Positions 12,678 to 32,611 of a DNA stretch of 64,000 nucleotides are shown here, piece by piece. The position numbers and the translations under genes are program-made. The stretch is from Amoebidium appalachense (taxonomy: Eukaryota > Protista > Ichthyosporea), in assembly GCA_963693365.1 (NCBI GenBank), contig CAVNZM010000013.1, forward strand, positions 8,184,940-8,248,939, in the 5' to 3' direction. Numbering within the stretch: position 1 is the first letter of the stretch; each line of letters starts with the position of its first letter. The notes beneath the pieces were generated by a model. The model saw only the letters and a list, made by a program, of their open reading frames with translations, was not told the origin of the DNA and did no database searches.

Positions 12678-14299
12678 GTACACCCGGTGGGGCAACCCCG
12701 CGCCGTGAATACGCGGGATATAAGGCTTGACGGGGGGGAAGGGGGAGGGCGGGGGAGCGGGGGAGAGGGAGGGAGGGGGGGATTCAGGGTTGACTACCGA
12801 GTCCTCCTTGCCGACCGCAGCCTGGGCCAGCACCTTATCCAGCTCAGTGCGCCTCTTCTTGAGCCCCGCTACCTGCTCACCTAGCTGCGCTACCTGCTGC
12901 GTGCGCTAGAAAAGGAAATAGGGGGTTAGATGTGTAGAGACATTAAGGGGTAAAGGGGGGGAGGGGGGAAAGGGGGGGGGGGGGGGAGGGGGGAGGAGAA
13001 GGAGAGGGGGGGTGAGGGAATGAGGGGTGGGTGGAATCGGTTGAAGCACGATTATGTGGATGTGGGTATGCGTGCCAAGTCCGTGGGAACATGTACACGT
13101 GCACATGGAAGAGTCAGCCCCAAAAGAAGGGAGAGCGAGGGACAAAACGAGAACACGAACACGGGGCTGTGTTCTGCATGTGCTTGCAGTCTGTGAATGT
13201 GCCCCTGCACTGTGCATCGTTGCCAAAATGTGCAAGTCGGGACAAGCAAGTAGCACGCAGAGGAGCGTGGCTTCGTTGCTCGTGTGCAATGCAGTGTGCG
13301 GAGTAGGTGTCATGTGTGAGATAGTAATGTAATGTGAGTGGGTGTGCATGCACGAGCAAAGAAAGTACGAAGGTGAACCGGGGGAGGTGGGTGGATGGGT
13401 GGGTAGGGAGGGGGTGACATGAGCAAAAGGGGAAATGAATTGTGGGTTTTTAGGTGAAAGAAATGCCTGTACCATGGAACAATCCGGCATATTTTCACTC
13501 ACATTTGTCTGGGTTCTTTTGTGTGTGTGTACGTTGGAGGAGGCCCGGGGTCGGCATTGTTTCCAGGAAACTAACACTATATTTCCCATGCCATTTCCCA
13601 TTATCCCCCCAGCCCGCCCCCGTCTCCTCTCCTTCTCCTTCTTTCCCGCATCTCCCCTTCTTTTTGATGAACCAGTGTGGGGTTGGTTGATGATGCAACA
13701 ACACACCTTTCTGAAGACCTTTGAGGGGAAGGACCAGAAGTAGACACTTGTGCCGACCTTCTCCGTGTCCACCAGCCCATCGTCCACAAGGGACTGCAGC
13801 ACCTCCTTGACACTCTGACTGACTGGGGGCAGATTAGATCAGATTAGAGGAGATTGGGTGAGATCCGATTAGTGGGAATCACATGCGGTGGGTGCGGGGC
13901 GCTGGGTGGGTCTCTGCTTGCTTGCTGGTGGATGCATCATTTGGATGTGCATGTACACAGTGAGAGATGGGTGTGTGTGTTGCTAGGGATATGTGGATGC
14001 GCACGACGATTTATGATGTATACACCACTAGGGATATGTACAACAAATAACGGCGTGTGAGCGTAAAAGGGCGTTTTGGGTTTTATGGTTATTTAGTTTA
14101 GTTCAGTTTTTTAATATTATTTTTTATCAATATTATTATTTTATTATTGTTGTTATTATCATTATTATTTATCATAGTATTATTATCTGGGGGGGGGGGG
14201 GGGGGGGGGGGAGGAAGGAGTCGAAAACCATGCCATCACACGGAAAATGCCATGGTGATCAACAGTTGTGTGGCGGGCGGGCGGGCGGGCGGGCGGGCG

Positions 14300-14333
<34 letters not shown>

Positions 14334-14556
14334 GGGGGGAAAACGCAGGTACTTAACAGCAAGGAAATGAAGGCTGACGGTCAAGTGGGGAGGGGGGGGG
14401 GGGGGGGGGGGGGTTGAGGGGAGGGAGTAATGAGAAAGAAACTCGAAGGAGATAGCCAAAGAGGGAGAGAGCCAGTACGTGTGTGTTATGTCTGGTACAA
14501 AGCACAGTCCCCCCCCCCCCCCCCCCCCCCCTCCCCCCTATTTTTCTTTTTTTTGT

Positions 14557-14599
<43 letters not shown>

Positions 14600-14717
14600 T
14601 CACTGATTCCTTTCTCCTTGGGGGCAATCTTTTCCAGTTCTTTCAACTGGTAGAACGATTTCTGCACGGGTCAAGGATTAGGCTCGTAGAATGTGGCTTG
14701 CATGGGTGAGGTGATGC

Positions 14718-14757
<40 letters not shown>

Positions 14758-15708
14758 CCCCCCTCCCCCCACCCACCCACCCACCCACCCACCCCTCCTA
14801 GCTTTAACAAAAACACACACACACACAAACCTTGAGCCCCACCCACTTCCTCCTCATCGCTTCCCTCCAGCCTCTACCACAACCCCCAAATTTCCCCACC
14901 GAGTAAATTCTCATGAAGTTCTCGATGCTGCCACACCGAACGGCTATATGCCCGTAGCCCTTTCCTCGTAAGACAGAAAGGAAAGAAGCCACTGTGTCTA
15001 ACACACTGTTGTTTACCTCTAAAACAAATTTTCCGAATTCCAGATCTTTACCCCCTCCCCTTACACAACCTGAGGGTCGTTGTCACGTTCGAAAAAGGGT
15101 AGCCAAATTTCGTGACAACGAATACAGGCTTTAAAACTACAAAATTGTCATGCAATGGAAGGAACCTACCGAGTCATGGAATATCTCCAGCAGCCGTGTG
15201 CGCTTCTCCTCAAAGCTCAGCCCCTTCTTCTTCGACTGTGGGGATAAAAAAAAGAAACGAAAAATGTAATTGTTAGACTTAGAAGCTTTTGGACCTGTAA
15301 GTACTCAAGCGCATTTTTTGATTAAGGTATTGAAGACAAGGAGTAACTTAAAACTAGCATGAAGAAACCAAACGTGTTATTATTCAGTTGAAGTACGAAT
15401 TAAGAGAAACGTGAAGAAAAGTTGAAAGTTCGAGGGGAAAAGGGGCAGTCTCGAGTATTGGAGCTGCTCAGAACATTTCTATCTGGCTATGCCATGCAAG
15501 GCAACGTGTGCAAGAGAGTTGGAGGGATGTTTGTAAGGTAGGGGGGAGGGGGGAGGGGGGTGAAGGGATGGAATGTAGAGGGGGAGGGACGGAAGTGTGT
15601 TTTCGCGCAACTGTGGGGGGGCAGGAGTGCTGAAGAGGAGGGGAGGGGGGTTGGGAGGGGGAGGGGAGGGGGGGGGTGGAGGGGGCAGAGGCAAGGTTTA
15701 CATACCAT
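8918..15708 (-). CDS. MND1: Meiotic nuclear division protein 1 (8 exons)
   Basis: Exons 15706-15708 (ATG only), 15170-15235, 14604-14661, 13707-13822, 12798-12905, 12179-12293, 9579-9623 and 8918-9030, all GT-AG and phase-compatible. Protein [15 protein letters not shown]...[48 protein letters not shown]...AANRWTDNIF...FGIPADFDY. Confidence 0.95.
10297..10497 (+). repeat. Dispersed intronic repeat family A, copy
   Basis: Shares GTGAAACAGTATCTGAGTTGGG...CCTGAGGATGG...CATTCAAAC with 18200-18433. Further partial copies at about 10566-10625 and 10940-11058. Confidence 0.8.
11557..11826 (-). repeat. Dispersed intronic repeat family A, long copy (inverted); partial copy at 12011-12130
   Basis: The reverse complement matches 18200-18345, 18781-18924 and 27926-28107. 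Confidence 0.85.
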
Positions 15709-16442
15709 CTTGAATTTGGCTACGCAGGACTATCCAACGCGATGGTGGCGTGGGAAAAGGCACACAATCTCAGGAATTCACTACGTAAAAAACAGGTCTT
15801 AAGACGCGCCAAAGGCCACCGTGTACAAAAGGAGGTGAAAGGAGGCCAGCACCTCATAATACATCGGACAGAGCAAGAAGCTATATTGCACGCAAGCGAA
15901 CCACCTGTTTTTAAAATAAAATAAGATGCAACGTATACGACGCCAATATGCTCGTCATATGCAGCAACTTGGAGCCCACACCCACACACCCGTACAGAAT
16001 AGACAAGATGTTGGGAAGGCTACCCTATAGCTATTTGCCTTACAGAAGTAGGATATGGCTATTAGTGCTGACACACATCTAATAAATCGGTGACACTAAG
16101 TCGAACACAAACCAAGTCTCAAACCCCCCAAACAGAATACAGTTTGAACAGGCTCGCCCAGTATTTCCCGCGCTTTTTTCCAGACATCCAATCAAAACGT
16201 GGGCTATTTCTAGTAACATTCCTGAGCAGTTGAAACCAGGGCGCAGTTACCATATAAAGCAAAGTGACGCCCACCCAGCCAATCATAATGTCCCGGAATT
16301 TTTGATACCGTTCGCGCCAATCAGCACTCCGCCGCTGTCGAACATGTTTCCGAAGCCACACTCGTTTTTGTGTGTGTGGAGGAGTGCGCAAGCAAGAGAG
16401 AACACGCATATGCTAACTTTGTGTAGGCACCTATAGCGCGCC
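15709..16442. promoter_or_regulatory. Probable bidirectional promoter between MND1 and the ECHDC1-like gene
   Basis: Head-to-head start codons about 735 bp apart. The stretch has no homopolymers and carries CCAATCA boxes near 16188, 16279 and 16317. Confidence 0.45.
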
Positions 16443-17661
16443 ATGTGGCACCTGACACAGCAGAGGGCGCTGGAGGCTGCGCGCAGCAGCGCCGACAGCC
16501 TCAGCACAGTATGGCGTGCCCTCGCCACCGCAGCAGGCAACCCCCCTCCCCCCTCACACAAACACACACTTCCTCTTTTTGTGCCCTTCCTCCTCACCTT
16601 TTCACTCTCCCACTAGATCTCCCATTCCCATCAACCGAGCCTCTCCCCTCCACCTCCCCTCCCCCCTCCCCCCTCCCCCCCCCCCCCCCCCCTCCCCCTC
16701 CTTGTGCTACATAGCTTTGTGTTCGATCGTGCACACTGTCCTGCGCAATACGCTGTCCTGCCCCTATTTTTTACTTTTGGATTTCTCTTGAATTACACCG
16801 CACTGTGCCCTACGCTTTCTCCCTCCTTCCCACACCACCTGTTATCACAAACACGCTCGTACAAAACAACAACACACACACAAAGAGGCATATACAGACA
16901 TGCAAACACACACTCACCTGGGTACATGGCACACCCACCGAACCTCCCACACACGCATCCACACGCATAACACACGCACGCTCATTCGCATGCACACACG
17001 CACACACACGCACACCCACCCACCCATCCCCCCCCCCCCCCCCACACACACACACACACGCACCCACCCACACAACGCACACATACATACACACACAAGC
17101 GTGCGAGCGCATGCACACAGACACAAACGCACAGTACATGCACACACACAAACAAACACACACAAAGACCCAAAGGCCGAAAGACACATGCACACACAGA
17201 CACACACAAACATACAACACACGTACACACTCCTACCTTCCAAATCTCCCACTGCCACTACACCTTTGCTGGCGTCCACTCGTTCACTCCCCTTCCACTT
17301 CGTCTGTACACCTTCTCTCTGATGTGTGTGGTGTCAAAAGGTATGGCCTCTGTCCCACTGCTAGAATTACTTGATTAATGTTGCAATAAACTTCAGTACC
17401 CCCACTTATCTAGTGATAGCGCTATCAATCTGCGTAGATCTGTACAGTTCGGCGACAATCTTTCTTGCTTCTTTAATTGTTTGGACTAGGTAACCAAGGG
17501 TTGCTCTGCGGCTTTTTTTGTGGTGAGTTGGTTGGGTCCATTTTCTAGGGTGGTGCGCGTCAAAATCTTATAAAGCCCCGATAGGTGATGGATAGTGCAG
17601 CAAAGTGTATACCTGCTGCTGTATATTTATCTGCGTGTTTTTGATTTTTTTCTTTTTTTTT

Positions 17662-17692
<31 letters not shown>

Positions 17693-19354
17693 GGGGGGGA
17701 AGGTGGGTTGGCTCGAGATTCCGATTTCTTTTATGTGCGTAGTATTATGTGTGGGTGAAGAGACTGGAAGGGTGGTTTGGGGACAAGGAGTTAGTGTTTC
17801 TGATAACGTGCCACACTGACCTTTTGGTGGTGTCGGTCACAGGTGCAGCAGACAGCCAGTCCACTGTGCCACCAAGGTACTGCTTGCACTTGACAAATCA
17901 TATAGTTTAAAGCAATAATAACAGTATAGGGCCATAGGATAACTATAAGAAGAGCAGTTATGAGATTATCGTAATAGTCCTATTGACATTAACGATGATA
18001 TCCATAATGTTAATGTTAGCAATAATGGAGTAACAATCTCTTGTTTTTAGTGGTAACAATGCTAATATGACAAATATATTTATCCACTACAACAATCAAG
18101 ACAACTATTTATGCTACTCAACAATCTGTGGAAATGAAGTACTGGATGATACGAGTGTGCCCCCCCGCGGCCTTTCCCACTGCCCTTGCCTGCATAAGCA
18201 ACCCTGCTCGTCTCTGATCAAGACGGGTGACCTACCCATGTTCAAGTGAAACAGTATCTGAGTTGGGTTTCGTTAAAGAGGTGAATAGGTCGAAACTCGG
18301 GTACTGTGGATGACGTGGGCCCCCCCTGAGGATGGGCTCTGCTTATTATGCATACTCTTTATGTATGGCTTGCATTCTGCATCGTGTTATCCGTTTGTTC
18401 TTGTGTACTTCGTACTTTTTGACGCATTCAACCCCCCCCCCCCCCTCCCCCCCCCAATTACACCCCTCCCCCCTCGCTCATGCCTCTCTCACGGTCCCTC
18501 CTGTCGACCTTCGCCCCCCTCCTCCGCCCCCCCCCCCCAACACACACACCCTCCTGTTATACCTTCAAAGAAAGGCTCGGAGGGGGATGACACACAGAAG
18601 AAGAGGGTATCTACAACCCTCGCACGTATGTGGAGCACACCAACACATAAGCCGTGTCGATTGACCTCACCCTTATTTGATCTTGCATCCCCCCCCCCCC
18701 CCCCCCCTCCCCCCCCGCTCTTCCCTCCCCGACCACCACCACCACCCACCCTCACCGCATCGTATCCCCCCCTCCCCCCGGGCCCTCCCTGAGGATGGGC
18801 TCTGCTTATGACGCATACGGTGCGCATTGCTGATGTTGCATACTTGAGTGTTTGCCTTTGCATGTGTCCTGCACCATGCTTCTCATCGTGTATGCGTACT
18901 TCGTACCGAGTTCGACATTCAAACCCCCCCCCCCCCCCCCCCCCCCCACACACACACATAAAAAGGGTTACCAACACTCCCAAAAAACACCACACACCTT
19001 CATGGTCTGAAGGCAGATGATTTACATGCTTTTGTACACAGAGTTGCGGAAATCAGAGAACGACTTAAGGAGATGGGCGGTGGATCCGTGAGCCTGACCC
19101 TACCACCACCAACAGACAACACAACTGCTGGGTGGGTACTGCTCGCACACAGTATCACACAACGACCTAGTAATGTGAACCAAATACCATGCATTCACCT
19201 ATTTGTGTGCACACAGTATCATTGATTCACCTATCAGTGTGCACACGGTATGTATATTTGCACTACACACAACAAGTATGGGCAGTGCTCAAATCCTACT
19301 GAAAACTTTAGCATTATTGATGGTTGCAGGTTATCATCCCCTCCCCCCCCCCCC

Positions 19355-19385
<31 letters not shown>

Positions 19386-22015
19386 ACACACCCTTCTCCC
19401 TCCCCCCTCCTCTTCACCCGACGCACCTCCCCCTTCCTGTTCTTGGTTTTATGCCCCTCACTGTCAACAGAAGCAGTCAACGTGTATACTGTATTGGCAC
19501 CCCCTCAACACACACACACATGCTCTGTCTCATCTCACTCACTCACTCACCCACTCACATCTATAAACACGCTTCAACCATTCACTCCAGTCCTTTTCTC
19601 TGCGTCCGTACCTTATAATCTACACTGCCACACCTCTATCCTATTTTTCCCTCTTCTTGTACCCATGCTTTTAGCCTAATATTCATGTGTGGCCTTAGGG
19701 AGGTAGCTGTGATCACGATCAACAACCATGAGAGGAGGAATGCGCTGTCTGGCCGCATGATGTGTCAGCTGCTGGATGCCGTCGAAACACTCGATTCCTG
19801 GAGGGGCTCTGGCCTCATTCTCACAGGTATTAAGACACATGACCCCCCCCCCCCCTCCCCCCTCCTCGCCCCCACCCACCCCCCTTTGCACCGACATGTA
19901 CAGAGGTGCAGACACATACACACCATCCCAGCCGAGCCCATGCAAGCCCACTGCAGCCCCTTCCTCCCTCCAGATTAGAAAAGACTAGTGTGCTTGACAG
20001 GGACAGTATGTATGTAGGTCTAGACTCGATCTGAACCCACACCACGGGAAGAAACCCTAGCCACCTGACATTGAGTGGTCAGTGGTGTGCCGGTGTTGCT
20101 TGCAAGTGCAAGTGCCCAGTGAACCACGACCCGATTGACCCACCAATAGCACAACACCAAGAGGCAGAACAGCAAAGACTTAGTGACAGGTGCAGGGATG
20201 GGGAGGGGTTGGGGGGGGGGGGGGAGGGGGGGGGGGAGAAATGATAGGGGTTCAAGAACGGAGAGTAGTGGGTTCAGGTGGGCCTTCTGTTGTTGCTAAC
20301 TCAGGATGTAAATGCAGGGGATGGCGGGTTCTTCTGTGCCGGGGCTGATCTGAAAACAGCACAAAAGTATCTCATGGACTCCAACGGTATGTTGTGCCGT
20401 GTGTGTATGTACTGGTGTGTGGGTGTGCGGACGTGATTGTGCCGTCTGAAAATGTCTGGGTGCAAAGGCGTTGTACTGGTTAAAAAGGTGCGATTAGCCA
20501 GGCATGGGTATTTATGTTTTAAGGAGGAGTGGGTCGTGGAGCCGAGAGCGGGGGGGAGGGGGGCCCCTGGCCGGGGGGACGGGGGGGGGAGGGGGGGGGA
20601 GGGGGGGGGGGGGGGGGGGAGGGGAAGGGGGAGGGGGAGGGGGGCAGAGAGGCAAATGCACCTGATCTTGCTTTTACCAGGACTCTTGGCTCATAAGGTG
20701 CTAAAGACGTGCTTATGAGGGAGGGGGATAGGTTGGTGCATTGCACAGTCTGGTCGATGGCCTAATTAGGCACCTTCCTTATATGGGCATGCAGCGGGTG
20801 CGGACATGTCCACGTTCATGCACTACGTCACGCAGCGGCTGCGCAGTCTGCCCCAGGTGTCTGTGGCTGCCATCGAGGGCGCTGCAGTCGGTGGGGGGGC
20901 AGGTGAGTCCTGGGGTGCTGGCTCCTTGCCCAGTACTGCCTGGCAGTGCATTTTTCTCATTGTGGATATGATCACACATAATCTGTTCTAGCTCTGCCAA
21001 TTGGCTTGGGATGGCCCGTGGGTGCCGTTGCGGTGTGGGTACACTGTTGGCATTTGTGGTGTCTGGGGCCTGGGACCAGCACCAAAAGTGTTATCGGTTA
21101 GACTTTGATTATTATTATATGCCTAAGTGAGGGGGGGAGGGGGACAAGGGAGGGGAAGGTGGGGAGGAAGGGGAGGGGGCGAAGAGGGAGGGGACGGGGG
21201 ATGGGGAGGAAGGGGGGGGGGGGGGGGGGGGGGGGGGAGGGGGGGAGGGGGGGGAAGGGGGGAAGGGGCTCTTAACTATCAGTAAACGTGGGACGGCAAC
21301 AATAGACATTCTAGAGATTGGGAGGAGAGGGGGAGGGGGGGGGGGGGAGGGGGGATCAAGATATCTGACTCAGGGCTGTACACAGAATTGACGACATCTT
21401 GCGACTTCCGGGTGGTTGCCGACAATGCGTTCATCCACTTTGTGCACGCAAAGATGGCCGTCACCCCAGGCACGCAATCCCCCCCCCCCCCCCCCCCCCC
21501 CCCCCGGCCATTAAACGTACGCACACACACACACGCGCGCACGCACACACACACACACACACAGAGACACACAGACACACACACACAAGTTCAGACACAC
21601 CAGTGCGCGCGCACACATGCACCCACACACAGACACCCCCCAAAAGAAATTCCCATGTTCTCCGCCTCCGATGGCTGGTGTTCTGGCAGCTCTTTTTCGC
21701 TATGTGGCACCACTGCACGTGGCTCCGTCTACGGTATTTTCCGTTTTTTTCATCAAGACCCCCACCCTCTCCCTTTCTTCCTCCTCCCTTTCCCCTTCCC
21801 TGCCGCCCCATGCATGCTTCAGTCCCAGTACCTATTTGTTGCCCTCTTGTGCTATCTTCCTAGTGGGCTTTGTAGCTTGCTCTTCTCGGTAGAACTTAAC
21901 CCCCCCCCCCCCCCCCGTGTCGAGCAAAAAAAGGAAACGTCAGTCCAAATGCTTCTACAAGAAATCGTGATGTATAAACATGTAAACCTTTATTGTGATT
22001 ATTAATTTTTTGTAG

Positions 22016-22051
<36 letters not shown>

Positions 22052-23239
22052 ACCCCCACCCCCACCCCCCCCCCACCCCCCTCTCCCCCTCACCAACGGC
22101 CCGAGCGCTTTAACGAATAGATGTTCAAACCTAAATTTCCTCATATACCATATATGGTATATGAGACTATTGGTCCGTTATATCCCCACCAATCAAATTG
22201 AGTGCGGCCATGAACCATGCATGTGCATAACGGCAGGTCGTAATCCCCCATACTCCCTAACTCCCGATACTCAGTGGGGGCCGATAATCCTACATATGAA
22301 ATTTGATCAATTACATAGTGAAATTTCAAAATGAACCCTTTCTCCTTAAGTGTCCTCGCAACCTGCCTCACCCCTTACTAACTACTGAGTAATGTTCCTC
22401 ACCAGACTCTTTCGTATGTGGGCTGATGCTAATCGCACCCCCCCCCCCCCCCCTCCCCCCAAACTCTCACGTACACAATTCTCTCTCCTTCGTAGTTCCT
22501 CTTCTTCTTCCCCCCCCCCCCCCCCCCCTCCCTGGGGACTCCCTCTTTTTCCGTGAGTGCACTTGTGTACGTGTTTTTTCACGGACACGTATGTCGTTGC
22601 TTACTTGCGTGTGCCGTGAATGTGTGTGCTGACTGCACATTTACAGGGTGGGGTGGTGGTACCCGGTTGACCCGCATTGTGGGCCGGAGAGAAGCCCTAA
22701 AGCTGCTGTGTGGTGCACAAAAGGCATCGGCCAGCCATGTGAGTGTCTCTTTTTTTTGCTAAGAGAGAGGGGGGGGGGGGGAGGGGGGAGGGAGGGAGGG
22801 GTATGCAAGCCAAGGACACGGAACTGAAAGAAGTGTACGGTGTGCGTGGACAGACCGAAGCAGGTCGTATCATTGCACCTCTTGCACGTGTGTTCGCCTT
22901 CTGGACGCGGATGCTGTCATTTTTTTAACACCTTGTTACGTGCAGGCACTGAGCATTGGACTCTGCGATGCCATGGCCCCACAAGGAAAGGCCGTGGATA
23001 TGGTATGTGGCTGCTGGGACTATGGGAGGGAGTGAACCTCCCCCCCTCCCCCCCCCCCCCCCCCCCCCCCCTCTCTTTTTCTAACACCAGAAAGGGCCTG
23101 CTGAGGGGTTGTGGAGAGATAAACACTCTGGCACACATGCACTGGCACATACATTAATCATATTGTTAGGTCTTGTGGTACAATTTGCAGCATCTGTTAC
23201 TTTAAGATCCTGAACATTTTCTTGGTGGGATAGTAGCGG

Positions 23240-23312
<73 letters not shown>

Positions 23313-23732
23313 TGTATGCGTTAGAGGGTTGGAAATATGGAGGAGACAACAAAGAGCAACAACAAAGCGTCACAAAAGTGGGAACCCCAAAATCAAACAA
23401 TTCAAGCGTGCAGGCAGAAGACACTTGAACAGAGCCCATCATCAGAGGGGTTCCTTGAAGACAGTCCATCATCAGGGGGGTTCCTATGCCTCCACAAAAG
23501 CCTGGGTTTCGACTGGGGGGAGTCAAGCTGAAAACTCGCACTAAATCCCGATCGTGCCAATGCATACGTTTACAAATGCATCTTGCCTAATTTTTTGTTG
23601 TTTTGTTGTGTGGATTGAGTTTTCTTTCTCACTTTACTTTCCTCTTCCACATTCTGATGCTAATGCATAGAATGCATATACCAGCCCCTGCGCCACGCAT
23701 ATGCGCGTGACAGTGCGCTCGTACATACCACT

Positions 23733-23820
<88 letters not shown>

Positions 23821-23825
23821 CACAC

Positions 23826-23873
<48 letters not shown>

Positions 23874-24312
23874 CCCGCGATTTCCTGCAGCAGTTCACCA
23901 AGCACCACAGTGACGTCACCCGTGCCATGAAACGAGTGGTCAGCCATGCAGACGACAGCAGCCTTATTCCCTCCCTCGCGCACGAGCAACAGGCATTTAG
24001 CCCCATCCCCTCCACCCCCACCACCCCCATCACCACCAACACCACACACACACACACACACACAAGCACACACACACACACAACTCCTTGGCTATGCGTC
24101 AACAGCTGTCTCCACGTTTTCTTCCTCAGTTGCATGTTTTTCAAGACCGTCTAAGACTGTGCAGGACCTAGTATGCTTTAGGCACGACTGTGTGTTTTGG
24201 ACATGTACAGCCACTGGCTGTACATGCCCGCATGCGCATGGCACAGACATACAGCACGGACGCTACGCAAATATCTCATGTGCCCATGCATTCACCTGCA
24301 TACTCTCTCTTC

Positions 24313-24355
<43 letters not shown>

Positions 24356-25024
24356 TCCCCCCACACACACACATACGCCCCCCCAAAAAAATAAACTGGA
24401 AAATCTGCCCCCCTCCCACCCAATATAGGGGGGGGGGGGGGGGGGGAGAGGAAAAAAGAGAGGGGGGATGGGTGGGGGGAGAGAGAAAGAGCAAGAATAG
24501 AGTGGGAGGGGGAGGGGGGTAAAGGGGGTGAGGGGAGAAGGGAAAGGGAGAGGGGAAGGGGAAGGGAGGTAATCAAAAATGAAAGAAACTAGGCTTGGGA
24601 AGAACGGGATAACAAGAAGAATATGAGAAAACGAAAAAGAAAGAAGAAAAAGAATAAAGGGAGGGGAGGGAGGAAAGGAAGAAAAGAGGTTCAAAAAATT
24701 TGCAGCAAGGCAACACATAATACAAATTAGTGTGCATTTGCGTCACTGTATGCGTAGGCCTACCGGGTTGCATCTGCACAGCACATAGCCACTTTCCGGG
24801 TAGCACCCGCACATACCAACCCATAATGTAGATAGATCTCTGCCCACGTGCAGACATGCACTATTGCACCAAACAGATACAGCACTACGCCTAAGCCACT
24901 TGATGCAAATTAGAGCCCTGCTGACTGTTGGGCTTTGCAGGTGTTTTCCTCGCTGTGGGCTAGCCCCCTCAATGCTCAGGCGGTGTCTTCGGGCGGCATG
25001 ACGTCAAAGAAGACCCAACAATAG
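16443..25024 (+). CDS. ECHDC1: Ethylmalonyl-CoA decarboxylase / enoyl-CoA hydratase (crotonase) family protein
   Basis: Exons about 19042-19131, 19699-19826, 20318-20386, 20795-20902, 21386-21469, 22647-22738, 22946-23002, 23873-23992 and 24941-25024. Motifs GGSV, INNHERRNALSGRMM, FFCAGADL, SVAAIEGAAVGGGAELTTSCDFR, PGWGGGTRL, LWASPLN. The 5' exons (ATG 16443, about 17843-17876) are tentative. Confidence 0.85.
18200..18433 (+). repeat. Dispersed intronic repeat family A, long copy; a second copy lies at 18781-18924
   Basis: Same CCCTGAGGATGGGCTCTGCTTA core; both copies end CATTCAA(A)C directly against a C-run. Confidence 0.85.
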
Positions 25025-26691
25025 TGTGTGGTCATGTGATGACCATCAGCCCAACTGTGGTGCACTCACAGTCCACGTAATGCAGTGATGATAGCACCGG
25101 TGTACTGGGCTGGATCGGCATTGACCTCTTTGATGGTCGTTAGTTGTCATAAATGTTGTAGCCTAGCTTTGTACGGTAACAGTTAAATGCTTTGCCAAAG
25201 GTCGGTACCATCGTATTATTTTGATACTTGGCTACATATTTTGTACAAGGGCACGTCGTGCACCCACAGTGGAAAGAACAACCACCTACCGCGCAGCATC
25301 TTCTTGAACTTCAGCATCTGTGTCAGTGTGATAGTCCCCGATGCGTATTTAGACAATACAAGATGAGTGGGCTGCTGGCTGGTCGGCTGTGCACATGCAC
25401 TAGGGGCGGATACTGCATACGTGCCCACGCCTGCACCGTAACACGACTTTGCATGGTCAAATGCAATATCAAGTGCCAAACCTCTTGTGTTCCTCTAATC
25501 CTCTATTTCCTCTCAATGCGTGAACAATTGCCCTCATTGGTATTCTCAGGATGACGTCTGGTTGCACCGTGCTGAGCACTCGAGATCAACGAAGGGCCGC
25601 CGGGGGCATTTGAAGAGGGTGGTTGGGAAGGGGGGAGGGAGGGGGGGGGAGAAGGGTTTACACACTTTTTATTGCGTGGACATTGCCGGAGGCCCAGCCA
25701 CATCCAAGTTGTGTGTGTGTGTGTGTGCGGGGGGAATTTTTTTTGGCGCCACCAGTTTATAAGCCAATCCGCAATCGGTAGCCAGGTCCTAGCCAATGGG
25801 TGTCTTCGGGTTCTCCTAAACTAAATAGGATGGAGATTTGCACATTTATGCTCACAGATTGGATTTTGAAATTTTTGATGGAGGTCTGAGGTCATCAAGA
25901 AAAAAAAAAAAAAGGAGAGATTTCACAATGTTTACTGAAAAAAAACATTTTTTTGTTGATCTTATAAAATCTGTTTTCATATGTTGTGCGGTTCTATAAC
26001 AGCTATACAGCACCTTCGCCAACCACACCCATGGGAATGACTGGTATATCCCATTCAATTAAATAAATGCTAAATTTCGCCAACCTTTGTCAGAAGATTC
26101 AAGAACCAGGAATTGTTCTATGGGGACTACAGTCACCAGCGACAGGGCGCGGCAAAAACACAGAAAAAGCCCCTGGTTTTTTTTTGCATCGAACAAAACT
26201 GCAAACTCAGCTTGCCTTTTCATTATCACATAGCTTGTACACGCGTGGTGCGACTAAGGTAAGCAGAAAGATTAGTATAAACAGTCCCAAATTATTAAAC
26301 GTGCTGACATTAGAAATTCCGACAATGGTTTGTGGTGTGTGTGCAAGTACCGCTAAAAAAGTCAAAAGATGGACACAAGGGAGTTCACATCATTTGAGGG
26401 GTGGTTTCTTTGCGAGGGGGTATCACGGTGCGGGCTGGTTATTACGCATGGCGTTCGATTCGCTGATAAATTTGGCAGGCTTATCCTATTCACGAAGAAC
26501 TCATACAGAACTTGAAGCAAGCCTCCCCTCCCCCCCCCCCCCACCACACACCCACCTCCCCCCCCCCCCCCCACCTCTCCCCCACCCTCGGCCTGCCCTG
26601 TCCAGGTTTCAGTTCACACCACATTGCGACCCCCGCGCACCATGCTCGTGCACAAAACAACTAACAAATATGGACCCTGCCAGACGGCAAC

Positions 26692-32611
<5,920 letters not shown>

